Source: an uncultured Chloroflexia bacterium (GTDB lineage Bacteria; Chloroflexota; Limnocylindria; Limnocylindrales; CSP1-4). Taken from it: a stretch of 64,000 nucleotides of DNA. Shown here one piece after another: positions 35,167 through 44,667 of this stretch (position 1 is its first letter; each line of letters opens with the position of its first letter). The notes beneath the pieces are model-generated. The model had not been told where the DNA came from. It searched no databases and saw nothing but the letters and a program-made list of their open reading frames with translations. The DNA is taken from contig CAWKLT010000023.1 of the NCBI GenBank assembly GCA_963850555.1, forward strand, positions 3,257-67,256, in the 5' to 3' direction. The position numbers were made by a program, and so were the translations under genes.

Positions 35167-36528
35167 ATGGCCATCCTCGCCGCCCTGTTCGCGTTCGGAT
35201 CGCGGTTCGTCGGCAAGATCCTCATGACCGCGCTCGGCTGGGCGAGCACGCTCCTCTTCGGGCGCGTGCCGGCCAAGCGGCAGTACCTCCTGCTCGGGAT
35301 CACGTTCGGCTCGGTCATCTGGATCGTGTTGCTCGCGGGCGTGCTGTTCCCGGATGTCGGGACGTTCCTGCTGCTGTTCATCCCCGATCAGGACATCGTC
35401 CCCGAGGATGTGATCCGCCTGATCATGCTCATCGGCGCGCTCATCGTGCCGGGCGTCATCGGTGCGCTGACCCTGACGCTCTCGAACCCCGACGGTGCGT
35501 CGCCGAAGCGCGTCGTCGAGGGCGTGGCCCGTGGGTATCCACTGACGGTCCTCCTGTCCGTCCTGTTGATCTTCCTCGCGGGACTCGCGATCTTCCGGAA
35601 GGCGCAGAGCCTGGCCCGCGGCTGGACCGATGCGCACGTCCCGCTGGTGATCGAGCCCGGCAAGTACGACGACGTCGCCGCCGATCTCGACCGGGCGCTC
35701 GAAACCGCAGGCCTCGAGGTCACGCCGACGACGGCACCGGCGGCGATGTCGAAGCCCGCGCGATGGCTGGCGGCGGTGGCTGGCACCGGGGCCCACTCGC
35801 TGGTCCCCGAGAAGCTCATCCAGCTCGACGGTGAGGACCTCGACATCCTCATCTACCCGATGGACCTGCTGGTGTCGGGCAAGCCCGCCCTCGTGGCGCG
35901 CGCTCGGGCCGCGATGGCGAGCCGCCTGACGACGTCCGCCGCGCACCTCACGATCAGTGCGGAGGCACAGGCCATCGAGGATCGGCTGGCCGCCCTGGCG
36001 CGGCCATCGGCGGCGACGCCGGATCGTCCCCGTCGGTTCGACGACGCCGCGGCAACCGAGTTCACCGCCATCGACGAGCAGCTCTCCACGCTCGAGATCC
36101 CGTACGAGGAGTGGGAGGTGCTCTACCGACAGCGCCTCCAGGTCGAGCGGGACCTGCGCGCCGGGGCGATGGCCGGGGACGCCGTGGTCGGAGCCGAGAC
36201 GCCGGGTGTCGCCCACGAAGGCGTGCTCGGTGCGCTGGAGGATCTCGGCCGCGTGGTGCGATCGGGTGCGGAGGCCGTGCTGGAAGCCGCCGCAGATCGC
36301 AAGACTGCCGAAGCGATCGATCAGATGGCCGGCTCGGAGTGGCGCTGGGCGGCGCGGGCCGCGTCCGTCGCGGCAACGGCGGCACAGGAGGTCGTTCGCG
36401 CGCGGGAGGACGCCGACGAGGCGCGGGACGGTGCCGGGGAGGCTCCGCCGCCGCGCACGGCGGAGGCGCTCGAGGCGACGGATCCAGCGACGCGGGCGGC
36501 CGCTCAGGAACCCTCGGCCACCTCGTAG
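35167..36528 (+). CDS. Hypothetical membrane protein (4-5 N-terminal TM segments plus ~300-aa Ala/Glu/Arg-rich soluble region); no family recognised
   Basis: 453-aa ORF MAILAALFAFGSRFVGKILMTALGWASTLLFG…VIWIVLLAGVLFPDVGTFLLLFIP…LIGALIVPGVIGALTL…LLSVLLIFLAGLAIF…. The hydrophobic segments and the codon pattern (GC-rich third positions by eye) support coding. Its 3' end overlaps the convergent rsmI by 25 nt. Confidence 0.6.
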   Translation: MAILAALFAFGSRFVGKILMTALGWASTLLFGRVPAKRQYLLLGITFGSVIWIVLLAGVLFPDVGTFLLLFIPDQDIVPEDVIRLIMLIGALIVPGVIGALTLTLSNPDGASPKRVVEGVARGYPLTVLLSVLLIFLAGLAIFRKAQSLARGWTDAHVPLVIEPGKYDDVAADLDRALETAGLEVTPTTAPAAMSKPARWLAAVAGTGAHSLVPEKLIQLDGEDLDILIYPMDLLVSGKPALVARARAAMASRLTTSAAHLTISAEAQAIEDRLAALARPSAATPDRPRRFDDAAATEFTAIDEQLSTLEIPYEEWEVLYRQRLQVERDLRAGAMAGDAVVGAETPGVAHEGVLGALEDLGRVVRSGAEAVLEAAADRKTAEAIDQMAGSEWRWAARAASVAATAAQEVVRAREDADEARDGAGEAPPPRTAEALEATDPATRAAAQEPSATS

Positions 36529-37373
36529 AGTCGCCGGCGGGGCAGGCCGGTGGCCGCGGCAACGCGTTTCGCGGCTTCACCCCGGGGCGTGCCCGCGTCC
36601 ACGAGCGCCTGCACCTGTGCGAGCGCGGCGGCGACGTCGTCCCGCCCGGCTGCCTCGGCCTCCGGTGATCGTGCCCGAGCCGTCCGCATTCCCGCCCATC
36701 CCGACCACGAGGACGAATTCGCCCCGAGCGGGGATGGTGCCCTCGCCGACGGCCACCGCCAGTTCTCCGAGCGTGCCGCGCACGATCTGCTCGTGCAGCT
36801 TGGTGAGCTCTCGGCACACCGCCCCGCCCGCCCCGCGCCGCAGGCCGCGGCCAGATCCCGGAGCGTGGCCGCGACCCGCCCGGGCGCCTCGAACAGGACC
36901 GCTCCACGGTCATCGGCCGCGATCGCCGCCAACCGGTCCTTGCGCTCCCGCCCGGAGCGTGGCAGGAACCCCTCGAACGACCAGCGTGGCCCCGTCACGC
37001 CGGACGCGGCGACCGCCGCGAGCACGGCCGATGCCCCGGGGATCGGCACGACCCGGCCGCCCTCCCCTGCCCACGCCGCGACGAGGTCGGCGCCCGGATC
37101 ACTGACCGCGGGCGTTCCGGCATCGGTGATGAGGGCGAGGTCGGCGCCTCCGCGCAGGTGCTCCAGCAGCGTCGCCAGCCGTCCCGGGCCACTCCGGGCG
37201 TGGTAGCTCGTCAGCCGCCCCGAGACCCCATGGCGGTCCAGCAGGCGCTTGCTCAGCCGAGTGTCCTCGGCGGCGATGAGCGGTACGGCAGCGAGGACCT
37301 CGAGCGCTCGCAGCGTCACGTCCGACAGGTTCCCGATCGGCGTGGCGACGACGTACAACACGCCTCCGCCCAC
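36504..37373 (-). pseudogene. rsmI: 16S rRNA (cytidine1402-2'-O)-methyltransferase RsmI, two compensating frame breaks (~36820-36832 and ~36657-36664)
   Basis: VLYVVATPIGNLSDVTLRALEVLAAVPLIAAEDTRLSKRLL…LITDAGTPAVSDPGADLV…IPGASAVLAAVAASG…FEGFLP…VLFEAPGRV are in the long ORF. The conserved core VCRELTKLHEQIVRGTLGELAV…GEFVLVVG is only in ORF 36577..36819. The tail …DDVAAALAQVQALVDAGTPRGEAAKRVAAATGLPRRRLY is back in the first frame. Confidence 0.85.
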
Positions 37374-37496
37374 CGGCGGGCATCGCCAAGCGCGGCCGAG
37401 GCGGCTCCGTGGCCCGAGGCGCCGTGGCCCGAGGCGCCCGTGCAGCGTCGTGGCCCGCGTCGCCCGACGGGGCTCCCTCGCCCGCGTCGCCCTCGA

Positions 37497-38357
37497 TCAC
37501 TCGCGTGCCGACCCCGGCCGCCGGCGCGGGTACAGGTAGTCGACGCCCGCCGTTCGCGGCCCGAGCTTGGCGATCGGCGGCACCTGGCGCTTGAACTCGG
37601 CGCCGGCAACCATCCGATCGACCCGCTCGACGAGGTCTCGCTCGAAGCCGAGCGCGACGACCTCGTCGATCGAGCGGCGCTTGTCGATGCGCCAGAACAG
37701 CAATCGGTCGAGCTCGGGATAGCTGAACCCCAATTCGATCTCGTCGGTCTGGCCGGGCCACAGGTCCGCCGACGGTGCCTTGGCGATGATCGAGTCGGGC
37801 ACATCCATGGCGGCGGCCAGCTGGCGGACCTGGCTCTTGTAGAGGTCCCCGACCGGGTTGAACGCACACGCCGAGTCGCCGAAGATCGTCGTGTAGCCGA
37901 TCAGCGACTCCGTCTTGTTGCCGGTCCCCACGACGAGGCCGCCCCACGTCACCGACCGGTCGTACAACACGCTCATCCGCATGCGGGCCATGAAATTCCC
38001 CCGCCGCAGGTCGGACGCATCCGTTTCCGGGCCGTAGAAGCCGTCGACCATCGGGGTGATGTCGGCGAGCTCCGACGCGGTACCCAGGCGGCGAACGACC
38101 TCCTCGGCGTCGGAGCGCGAGGCCGGCGACGAGGTCCGATACGGCATGAGCACGCACAGCAGCTTGTCCGCGCCGATCGCTTCGGCGGTGAGGTAGGCGA
38201 CCAGGGCCGAGTCGATGCCGCCTGACAGGCCCAGGACGGCGCGCTCGAAGCCCGCCTGGCGGAGCTGGCCGCGGATGAACTCCCCGATGACCCGCCGCGC
38301 GATGTTCGTGTCGATCGCAAGCTCGCGAGGCAGTTCGAAGGCGACCGGGCTCGTCAT
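37497..38357 (-). CDS. nadE: NAD+ synthetase, synthetase (ATP-pyrophosphatase) subunit
   Basis: 286 aa. …FIRGQLRQAGFERAVLGLSGGIDSALVAYL (SGGxDS PP-loop) …LCVLMPY…GTGNKTESLIGYTTIFGDSACAFNPVGDLYKSQV…. Confidence 0.9.
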   Translation of the reverse strand: MTSPVAFELPRELAIDTNIARRVIGEFIRGQLRQAGFERAVLGLSGGIDSALVAYLTAEAIGADKLLCVLMPYRTSSPASRSDAEEVVRRLGTASELADITPMVDGFYGPETDASDLRRGNFMARMRMSVLYDRSVTWGGLVVGTGNKTESLIGYTTIFGDSACAFNPVGDLYKSQVRQLAAAMDVPDSIIAKAPSADLWPGQTDEIELGFSYPELDRLLFWRIDKRRSIDEVVALGFERDLVERVDRMVAGAEFKRQVPPIAKLGPRTAGVDYLYPRRRPGSARE

Positions 38358-39322
38358 CCCTTCGCCTCCCGGCGAAAGCCGATGGGATGTGGCGATCGAT
38401 CACCGGGCGCCACATCCAGACCGGGCTCGGCGCCGGGCTCGCTCGTCGAGTCATGCGCCATGCCCGCCCGCTCGGCGATGATCCGGGCGAGCTCGCGCAG
38501 CTGCAGCTCCGGTCGCTCGTCGCGCAGGAGCGGCAGCCCGATCCGCTCGCGGCGGACGTCGGCGGGGGCGATGTCCACGCTGAACAGGCCCTCGTCGTAC
38601 ATCGGTGCGCTCAGCAGGGCCGCGCCGGTCGGCGCGATGACCTCGGAGCCGCCCCAGAACGAGATCGATTCGTCCACTCCGACCCGGTTGCAGAACACGA
38701 CGAATGAGGTCGTCAGCTGGGCGTAGGTGCGCATCAAGGTCCGCCACGAGGTCGCCGTACCCAGCCCGACCTCGTTCGTGGCCGCCAGGTCGCGCCCGGG
38801 CGACGACGAGACGTTGATGAGGATCTGCGCGCCGTCGAGCGCGAGGATCTGGGGGACCGTCAGGTGCCAGAAGTCCTCGCAGATCCCGATCCCAAGACCA
38901 AGCCCCAGGCGAGACGGTACCGCTCGCAGCATGTCGCCCGCCCCGAAGAAGCGGCGTTCGTCGAAGAGGCCGTACGTCGGCAGGAACAGCTTGCGGTGGA
39001 CGTGCCGGATCTCCCCGTCCTCGAGCAGCGCCGCCGCGATGAACAGCCGGTGGTCGGCTGACTCCTCGACGAACGAGACGATCGCGGACAGGCCCTCGGT
39101 CGCGGCAGCAAGATCGGCCAGTCGCGGGTCGTCGAGCCGGAGCGAGACCTCGGCCGCGAGGTCCTGGAGCTGGTACCCGGTCAATCCGAGCTCCGGGAAG
39201 ACCACCAGGTCCGCCTTGTCCGCGCGGGCCTGGTCGAGGAGCTCGTGATGCCGGACCAGGTTGCGGTCCAGCTCGCCAAGGCTGGGCGCAAGCTGCGCGA
39301 GGGCCACCCGGATCGTGTCCAT
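38354..39322 (-). CDS. Carbon-nitrogen hydrolase (nitrilase superfamily), probable glutaminase partner of NadE
   Basis: The start was chosen at MDTIRVALAQLAPSLGELDRNL…ADLVVFPELGLTGY…HRKLFLPTYG…GIGICEDFWH… (Glu-Lys-Cys triad context E…K…CED). Its 3' end overlaps the nadE ATG by 4 nt. An alternative ATG lies at 39334. Confidence 0.8.
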   Translation of the reverse strand: MDTIRVALAQLAPSLGELDRNLVRHHELLDQARADKADLVVFPELGLTGYQLQDLAAEVSLRLDDPRLADLAAATEGLSAIVSFVEESADHRLFIAAALLEDGEIRHVHRKLFLPTYGLFDERRFFGAGDMLRAVPSRLGLGLGIGICEDFWHLTVPQILALDGAQILINVSSSPGRDLAATNEVGLGTATSWRTLMRTYAQLTTSFVVFCNRVGVDESISFWGGSEVIAPTGAALLSAPMYDEGLFSVDIAPADVRRERIGLPLLRDERPELQLRELARIIAERAGMAHDSTSEPGAEPGLDVAPGDRSPHPIGFRREAKG

Positions 39323-39573
39323 GAGCGCGAGCATACGCGAACGTGGAGGCCGACCCGCCGGTCGCCGCCTGCCGAGCGAGCTCAGGGACGCCCGCCACGG
39401 CGCCGACGAGCGTGCCCGGAACTGGTCTTGCACGCTGGCATGGCGGCCCCGCCGGTGCTACTGTTCCCGCGACTCGCCGCCGGACGACGTTCGGCGGCGA
39501 CTGGAACGTCCCATGCGGCCAGCCAGGGAGGCGACGGGCGGCAGCGGGGACATCACGAGGAGGAGTTCAGCGC

Positions 39574-41311
39574 ATGACTCGCTTATCGAGCCTGCCGCTC
39601 AGGCTCACCGCGCTGCTCGGCAGCGCTGTGATCATCGCGTCGGCGTGTAGTCCGGCCGCGCCGGCGAGCGTCGCACCGTCGTCGAGCGCCGCCGTCGCAA
39701 GCCAGCCACCCGTCAGCACGGCACCGTTCGAAGCGGTTTCCTACCCCGAGGACGGCAGCTCCGCCTGCGGGACCGAGGGCTACAACGGCCAGATCGGCTC
39801 GATCAAGGCGACCGCCGCCAATTCGGTCGAGTTCACCCTGTGCGCACCTGACGCTGCGTTCCTGTCCAAGGTCGCGTTCACGTCGCTGGCCATCCAGGAT
39901 TCCGATTTCCTGACGGAGACCGGTGGCGGTGGCGAGGCCCTGTTCCGGAACCCGAACGGCACGGGCCCCTACAAGCTGAAGGCCTGGACGTCCGGCTCGG
40001 ACATCGCGCTCGAGACGCAACGCCGACTACTGGGGCGATGCGCCCCTGACCCCGGACGCGGTCATCCGCTGGAGCACCGAGCCCGCGCAGCGGCTCGTCG
40101 AGCTCACGTCCGGCACCGTCGACGGCATCGACAACCCCGGCCCCGACGACTTCACGACGATCGAGGCCAACGCCGAGCTCAAGCTGTTCCCGCGCACGGC
40201 GCTGAACATCATGTACCTCGGCATGAACAACACGAAGGAGTTCTGGGACAACGAGAAGGTCCGCCAGGCGATCGCCATGGGCATCGACCGGCAGCGGATC
40301 GTCGACACGTTCTACCCGCCCGGATCGTCGGTCGCGACGCACTTCACGCCGTGCGACATCCCCGGTGGCTGCACCGGTGACGAGTGGTACGAGTTCGACG
40401 CGGCCGCGGCCAAGGACCTCCTGACCGAGGCCGGCTATCCCGATGGCTTCACGACGAAGCTCCACCTGCGGGCCCTGCCGCGTGGCTACATCGCCGCTCC
40501 GGTCGATGTCGCGACGGACATCCAGGACCAGCTCAAGACCAACCTCAACATCACCGCCGAGATCGACGTCCAGGACGACACCACCTACCTCACCACGGCG
40601 AGCCGCGGCGAGCTGGACGGCCTGTTCATCCTCGGCTGGGGCGCGGACTATCCCGACGTCACCAACTTCCTCGACGTGTTCTTCGGCGTCGGAGCCGACG
40701 AAAGCCTCGGCGCGAAGTTCGACGACATCACCGCGCCCCTCCAGGAGGGCGGGCAGACGGCCGACCAGGCCGCTCGTGACGCCGCCTACACCATCGCCAA
40801 CAACAACATCAAGACGCACGTGCCGCTCGTCCCGATCGCGCACGGCGGCTCGGCCACGGTCTTCCGTGCCGACGTCGAGGGCGCGCACTCGTCGCCGCTG
40901 GGCAACGAGGCGCTGTTCGCGATGAAGGCCGGCGACCGCAACCAGATCGTCTGGCTGCAGGGCGGCGAGCCCGGTGGCCTGTACTGCGCCGACGAGACGG
41001 ACGGCGAGGCTCTCCGCGTCTGCGAGCAGATCATGGAGCCGCTGTACTCGTACGAGATCGGCGGGACGGCCCCTGAGCCGCTCCTGGCGACCGGGTGCGA
41101 GGCGAATGCCGACTCGACCGTGTGGACCTGCACCCTCCGCGACGGTGTCGTGTTCCACAACGGCGCGACCTTCGACGCCGAAGATGTCGTGACCTCGTTC
41201 GCCGTCCAGTGGGACGCCGAGCACCCGCTCCATGTCGGACGGGAAGGCCTGTTCGAGTACTGGGGCTACCTGTTCGGTGGGAACCTGAACCCGCCGCCAC
41301 CCGCTTCCTGA
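39574..41311 (+). pseudogene. Family-5 (Opp/Dpp-type) ABC substrate-binding lipoprotein with permuted domain order; one frame break (~40016-40018)
   Basis: GAGGAGGAG precedes the ATG. MTRLSSLPLRLTALLGSAVIIASAC is a lipobox. …NPNGTGPYKLKAWTSGSDIALET is in ORF 39343.., then NADYWGDAPLTPDAVIRWSTEPAQRLVELTSGTVDGI…LGWGADYPDVTNFL… is in ORF 40211..41311. Confidence 0.85.
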
Positions 41312-41332
41312 CCTCGATCTGAGGATCGTTTG

Positions 41333-41365
41333 ACGAAGGGGCGCCACGCCGTGGCGTCCCTTCGT
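41333..41365 (+). terminator. Strong intercistronic hairpin after the binding-protein gene (attenuator or mRNA-stabiliser type)
   Basis: ACGAAGGGGCGCCAC-gcc-GTGGCGTCCCTTCGT forms a 15-bp stem (one G.U) with a 3-nt loop, followed by TCGTT. It lies in the 91-nt gap before the permease gene. Confidence 0.5.
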
Positions 41366-41402
41366 TCGTTACCCGTACAAGGGGGCGAGCTCAGCTGACC
41401 CG

Positions 41403-42548
41403 ATGATCAAATTCATCATCCGGCGTGTGCTTTTGAGCATCCCGGTCCTGATCGGGATCGTCTTCCTCGTGTTCGCCCTTGCCCGCATCATCCCGGGCGA
41501 CCCGTGCTCGGCGGCGTTGGGCGAGCGGGCCAACGCCGAGACTTGCGAGCTCTACGCGATCGAGCACGGCCTGGACAAGGCCATCATCCCGGGCGTCTTC
41601 CGGGTCGATGGCCAGATCGAGGTCCGCCTCGCCGAGGTGCCCGCGACACTCGTCGACAACCAGTTCGTCATCTACCTCCAGGACATCGCCGCGGGCGAGT
41701 TCGGCGTTTCGTCCAAGTTCGGCCTGCCGGTGACGGAGCTCCTGATCCAACGCCTGCCGACGACCGTGGAGTTGACGCTGTACGCGTTGACCTTCGCGAT
41801 CATCGTGGGCATCACCCTTGGCGTCATCTCCGCGTACCGGCGCAACTCGTCCGCCGACGTCGGCACCATGCTCATCGCCAACATCGGCGTCTCGACGCCG
41901 GTCTTCGTGCTGGGCCTGCTGCTCGCCTACTTCTTCGCCATCACGCTCAACGGCACCCCGTTCGAGTTGCCACCGTCGGGTCGCGCGTCGGCCGGGGCCG
42001 ACATCCCGGAACTCGTGGAGGTCTGGGGCCTTGAGGACCTTTCCGGTCCGCTGCGCGTGATCGTCGACTTCCTGTCGAATATCTACACGTTCAATGCGAT
42101 CGTGCGGCTCGACGGAGTGCTCCTCGCCGACACGGTGCGGCACATGATCCTGCCCGCCCTGGCTCTCGGCACGATCCCCCTGGCGATCATCGCGCGGATG
42201 ACCCGCTCGAGCTTGCTCGACGAGCTCGGGCTCGACTACGTCCGGACCGCGCGGGCCAAGGGCCTGGCCGATCGCCCGGTCGTCATGAAGCACGCCTTCC
42301 GCAACGCGATCCTGCCGGTCGTGACGATCATCGGGCTGCAGTTCGGCGGTCTCTTCGGAGGCGCCGTCCTGACCGAGACGATCTTCAACCTCGCCGGTGT
42401 GGGCCGGGCCGTGACGGAGGCCATCGGCGCCCGTGACTACTCGGTGATCCAGGGCTTCACGCTGGTCATCGCCATGGGCTTCGTCCTGGTGAACCTGCTC
42501 GTCGACGTGTCCTATGCGTATCTCGACCCGCGGATCCGGTTGAGCTGA
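41403..42548 (+). CDS. Opp/Dpp-type ABC transporter permease (OppB/DppB-like)
   Basis: 381 aa. MIKFIIRRVLLSIPVLIGIVFLVFALARIIPGDP… and the C-terminal …YVRTARAKGLADRPVVMKHAFRNAILPVVT…LVDVSYAYLDPRIRLS (EAA-loop region and typical C-terminus). Confidence 0.88.
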   Translation: MIKFIIRRVLLSIPVLIGIVFLVFALARIIPGDPCSAALGERANAETCELYAIEHGLDKAIIPGVFRVDGQIEVRLAEVPATLVDNQFVIYLQDIAAGEFGVSSKFGLPVTELLIQRLPTTVELTLYALTFAIIVGITLGVISAYRRNSSADVGTMLIANIGVSTPVFVLGLLLAYFFAITLNGTPFELPPSGRASAGADIPELVEVWGLEDLSGPLRVIVDFLSNIYTFNAIVRLDGVLLADTVRHMILPALALGTIPLAIIARMTRSSLLDELGLDYVRTARAKGLADRPVVMKHAFRNAILPVVTIIGLQFGGLFGGAVLTETIFNLAGVGRAVTEAIGARDYSVIQGFTLVIAMGFVLVNLLVDVSYAYLDPRIRLS

Positions 42549-42550
42549 CG

Positions 42551-43495
42551 ATGGCCGTCACGACGCCTCCCGCCATGGAGCTCCTCGACGAGCGTGAGCG
42601 ACGCTCGGGAAGCTCGTCCATCTGGCGAGACACGCTCGGCAACCTGGTGCGCCAGCGGAACGCCATCGTCGGTGGCGTGGTCCTGCTCTTCTTCATCTTC
42701 ACGGCGGTCTTCGCGGATGTGATCGCCACGCACCCGCCGAACCAGGTCCTCATCGGGGTCGAAGGCGCCAAGAAGCTCGCGCCTCCGTGTATCCACGCCT
42801 TCGGTTGCCCCGAGACCCAGCCGGAGTACTACTTCGGCATCGATGGCAACGTCCGGGATGTGTTCAGCCGGGTCGTGCACGGCACGCGCATCTCGCTCCG
42901 GATCGGCTTCGTGACGGTCGGGTTCGCCATCCTCATCGGCGGCTTCATCGGCGCGCTGGCGGGGTACGCCGGCGGCAAGATCGACAACTTCCTGATGCGG
43001 ATCATGGACGTGCTGCTCGCCTTTCCGTCCCTGCTCCTCGCGATCGCCATCGTGACCGTGCTCGGCAGCGGGCTCGTCAACGCCCAGCTGGCGATCGGCG
43101 TCGTCGCGATCCCGATCTACGCGCGGATCATGCGTGGCACGGTGATCTCGATCCGCGAGCGTGACTTCGTGACCGCGTCGCGGGCGCTCGGCGAGTCGTC
43201 CTTCGGACTCCTCGTCCGCCGGATCATCCCGAATGCCCTCACGCCGATGATCGTCCAGGGCACGCTCGGCATCGCGGCTGCGGTCCTCGAGGTCGCCGCC
43301 CTGTCGTTCCTGGGCCTCGGCACGCAGCCGCCAGACGCCGAATGGGGATCCATGATCGGCATCGCCCGCAACACGATGTTCGCCGCGCCGCATCTCGTGC
43401 TGTTCCCGGGACTCGCGCTGGCCCTGACCGTCCTGGCGTTCAACCTGCTCGGTGACGGCCTGCGCGACGCACTCGATCCAAGGCTCAACCGATGA
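42551..43495 (+). CDS. Opp/Dpp-type ABC transporter permease (OppC/DppC-like)
   Basis: 314 aa. …GIDGNVRDVFSRVVHGTRISL…MRIMDVLLAFPSLLLAIAIV…FVTASRALGESSFGLLVRRIIPNAL…NLLGDGLRDALDPRLN. Confidence 0.88.
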   Translation: MAVTTPPAMELLDERERRSGSSSIWRDTLGNLVRQRNAIVGGVVLLFFIFTAVFADVIATHPPNQVLIGVEGAKKLAPPCIHAFGCPETQPEYYFGIDGNVRDVFSRVVHGTRISLRIGFVTVGFAILIGGFIGALAGYAGGKIDNFLMRIMDVLLAFPSLLLAIAIVTVLGSGLVNAQLAIGVVAIPIYARIMRGTVISIRERDFVTASRALGESSFGLLVRRIIPNALTPMIVQGTLGIAAAVLEVAALSFLGLGTQPPDAEWGSMIGIARNTMFAAPHLVLFPGLALALTVLAFNLLGDGLRDALDPRLNR

Positions 43496-44667
43496 CGGAC
43501 GAAACCACGACCACCCTGCCCGAGAGCCTCGGCGTCTCCCTGGACGAGACCATCATCGAGGAGATCCGGCCGGCGTCGGAACGCAAGCGGCGGCGCGAGC
43601 GAGGCGAGAAGCCGCTGCTCGAGGTGAAGGGCCTGCGGACGTCCTTCTTCACCCGCGACGGGATCGTGCGGGCGGTCGACGGCATCGACTTCCACGTCGA
43701 CCGCGGCGAGATCATGGGCCTCGTCGGAGAGTCCGGCTGCGGCAAGAGCGTGACGAGCCTGTCGATCATGCGGCTGATCGCCAAGCCCGGCCGGATCGAG
43801 GGCGGCGAGATCCTGTTCGACGGCCAGGACCTGCTCAAGCTCTCGAACGACGACATGCGGAAGATCCGCGGTGACCGCATCAGCATGATCTTCCAGCAGC
43901 CGACCTCATCGTTGAATCCGGTGTGGGACGTGGGTCGCCAGATCGAAGAGGTGCTGCGCATCCATCGCGGGATGAAGGGAAAGCTGGCGCATTCGCGCGC
44001 CGAAGAGCTCCTCAAGATGGTCGGCATCCCCGACCCCGCCCGCCGGCTCAAGAACTTCCCGCACGAGATGTCCGGGGGTATGGCCCAGCGCGTGATGATC
44101 GCGATGGCCCTCGCCTGCGAACCGGAGCTGCTCATCGCGGACGAGCCGACGACGGCGCTCGATGTCACGATCCAGGCCCAGATCCTCGACCTGATGCGGA
44201 ACCTGCGGGACGAGACGGGGACGGCGATCGTGCTCATCACGCACGATCTCGGGGTCGTGGCCGAGATGTGCGACCGGGTGGCGGTGATGTACGCCGGCGA
44301 GATCGTCGAGCACACCGACGTGACGTCGCTGTACCGCCGGCCGCTCCACCCCTACACCCAGGGCCTCATCGGCTCCATCCCGGTCGTCGGGGCCGTGAAG
44401 GATGAGCTCGCGGTCATCCCGGGCAATGTCCCCAACCTCATCGACCTCCCCAAGGGCTGCCGTTTCGCGCCGCGCTGCGCGACCAAGATCGAGGAGGACG
44501 TCGCGATCGCGAACGAGGTCCACCCCTTGCTCCGGCCGGTCGATCCGGGCCACCACGTTCGGTGCTGGCTCTATCACGATGCCGCGGGCGGCCTGATGCC
44601 CCGTGGCGAGCACGGCGAGCGGATCGGGCCGCTGCCCGCACGCGGCGAGAGCGGGTTCGGCGCATGA
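43492..44667 (+). CDS. Opp/Dpp-type ABC transporter ATP-binding protein (OppD-like)
   Basis: 391 aa. [13 protein letters not shown] (Walker A), [15 protein letters not shown] (signature), [12 protein letters not shown] (Walker B), and [12 protein letters not shown] / C-terminal oligopeptide-type domain. Confidence 0.9.
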   Translation: MTDETTTTLPESLGVSLDETIIEEIRPASERKRRRERGEKPLLEVKGLRTSFFTRDGIVRAVDGIDFHVDRGEIMGLVGESGCGKSVTSLSIMRLIAKPGRIEGGEILFDGQDLLKLSNDDMRKIRGDRISMIFQQPTSSLNPVWDVGRQIEEVLRIHRGMKGKLAHSRAEELLKMVGIPDPARRLKNFPHEMSGGMAQRVMIAMALACEPELLIADEPTTALDVTIQAQILDLMRNLRDETGTAIVLITHDLGVVAEMCDRVAVMYAGEIVEHTDVTSLYRRPLHPYTQGLIGSIPVVGAVKDELAVIPGNVPNLIDLPKGCRFAPRCATKIEEDVAIANEVHPLLRPVDPGHHVRCWLYHDAAGGLMPRGEHGERIGPLPARGESGFGA

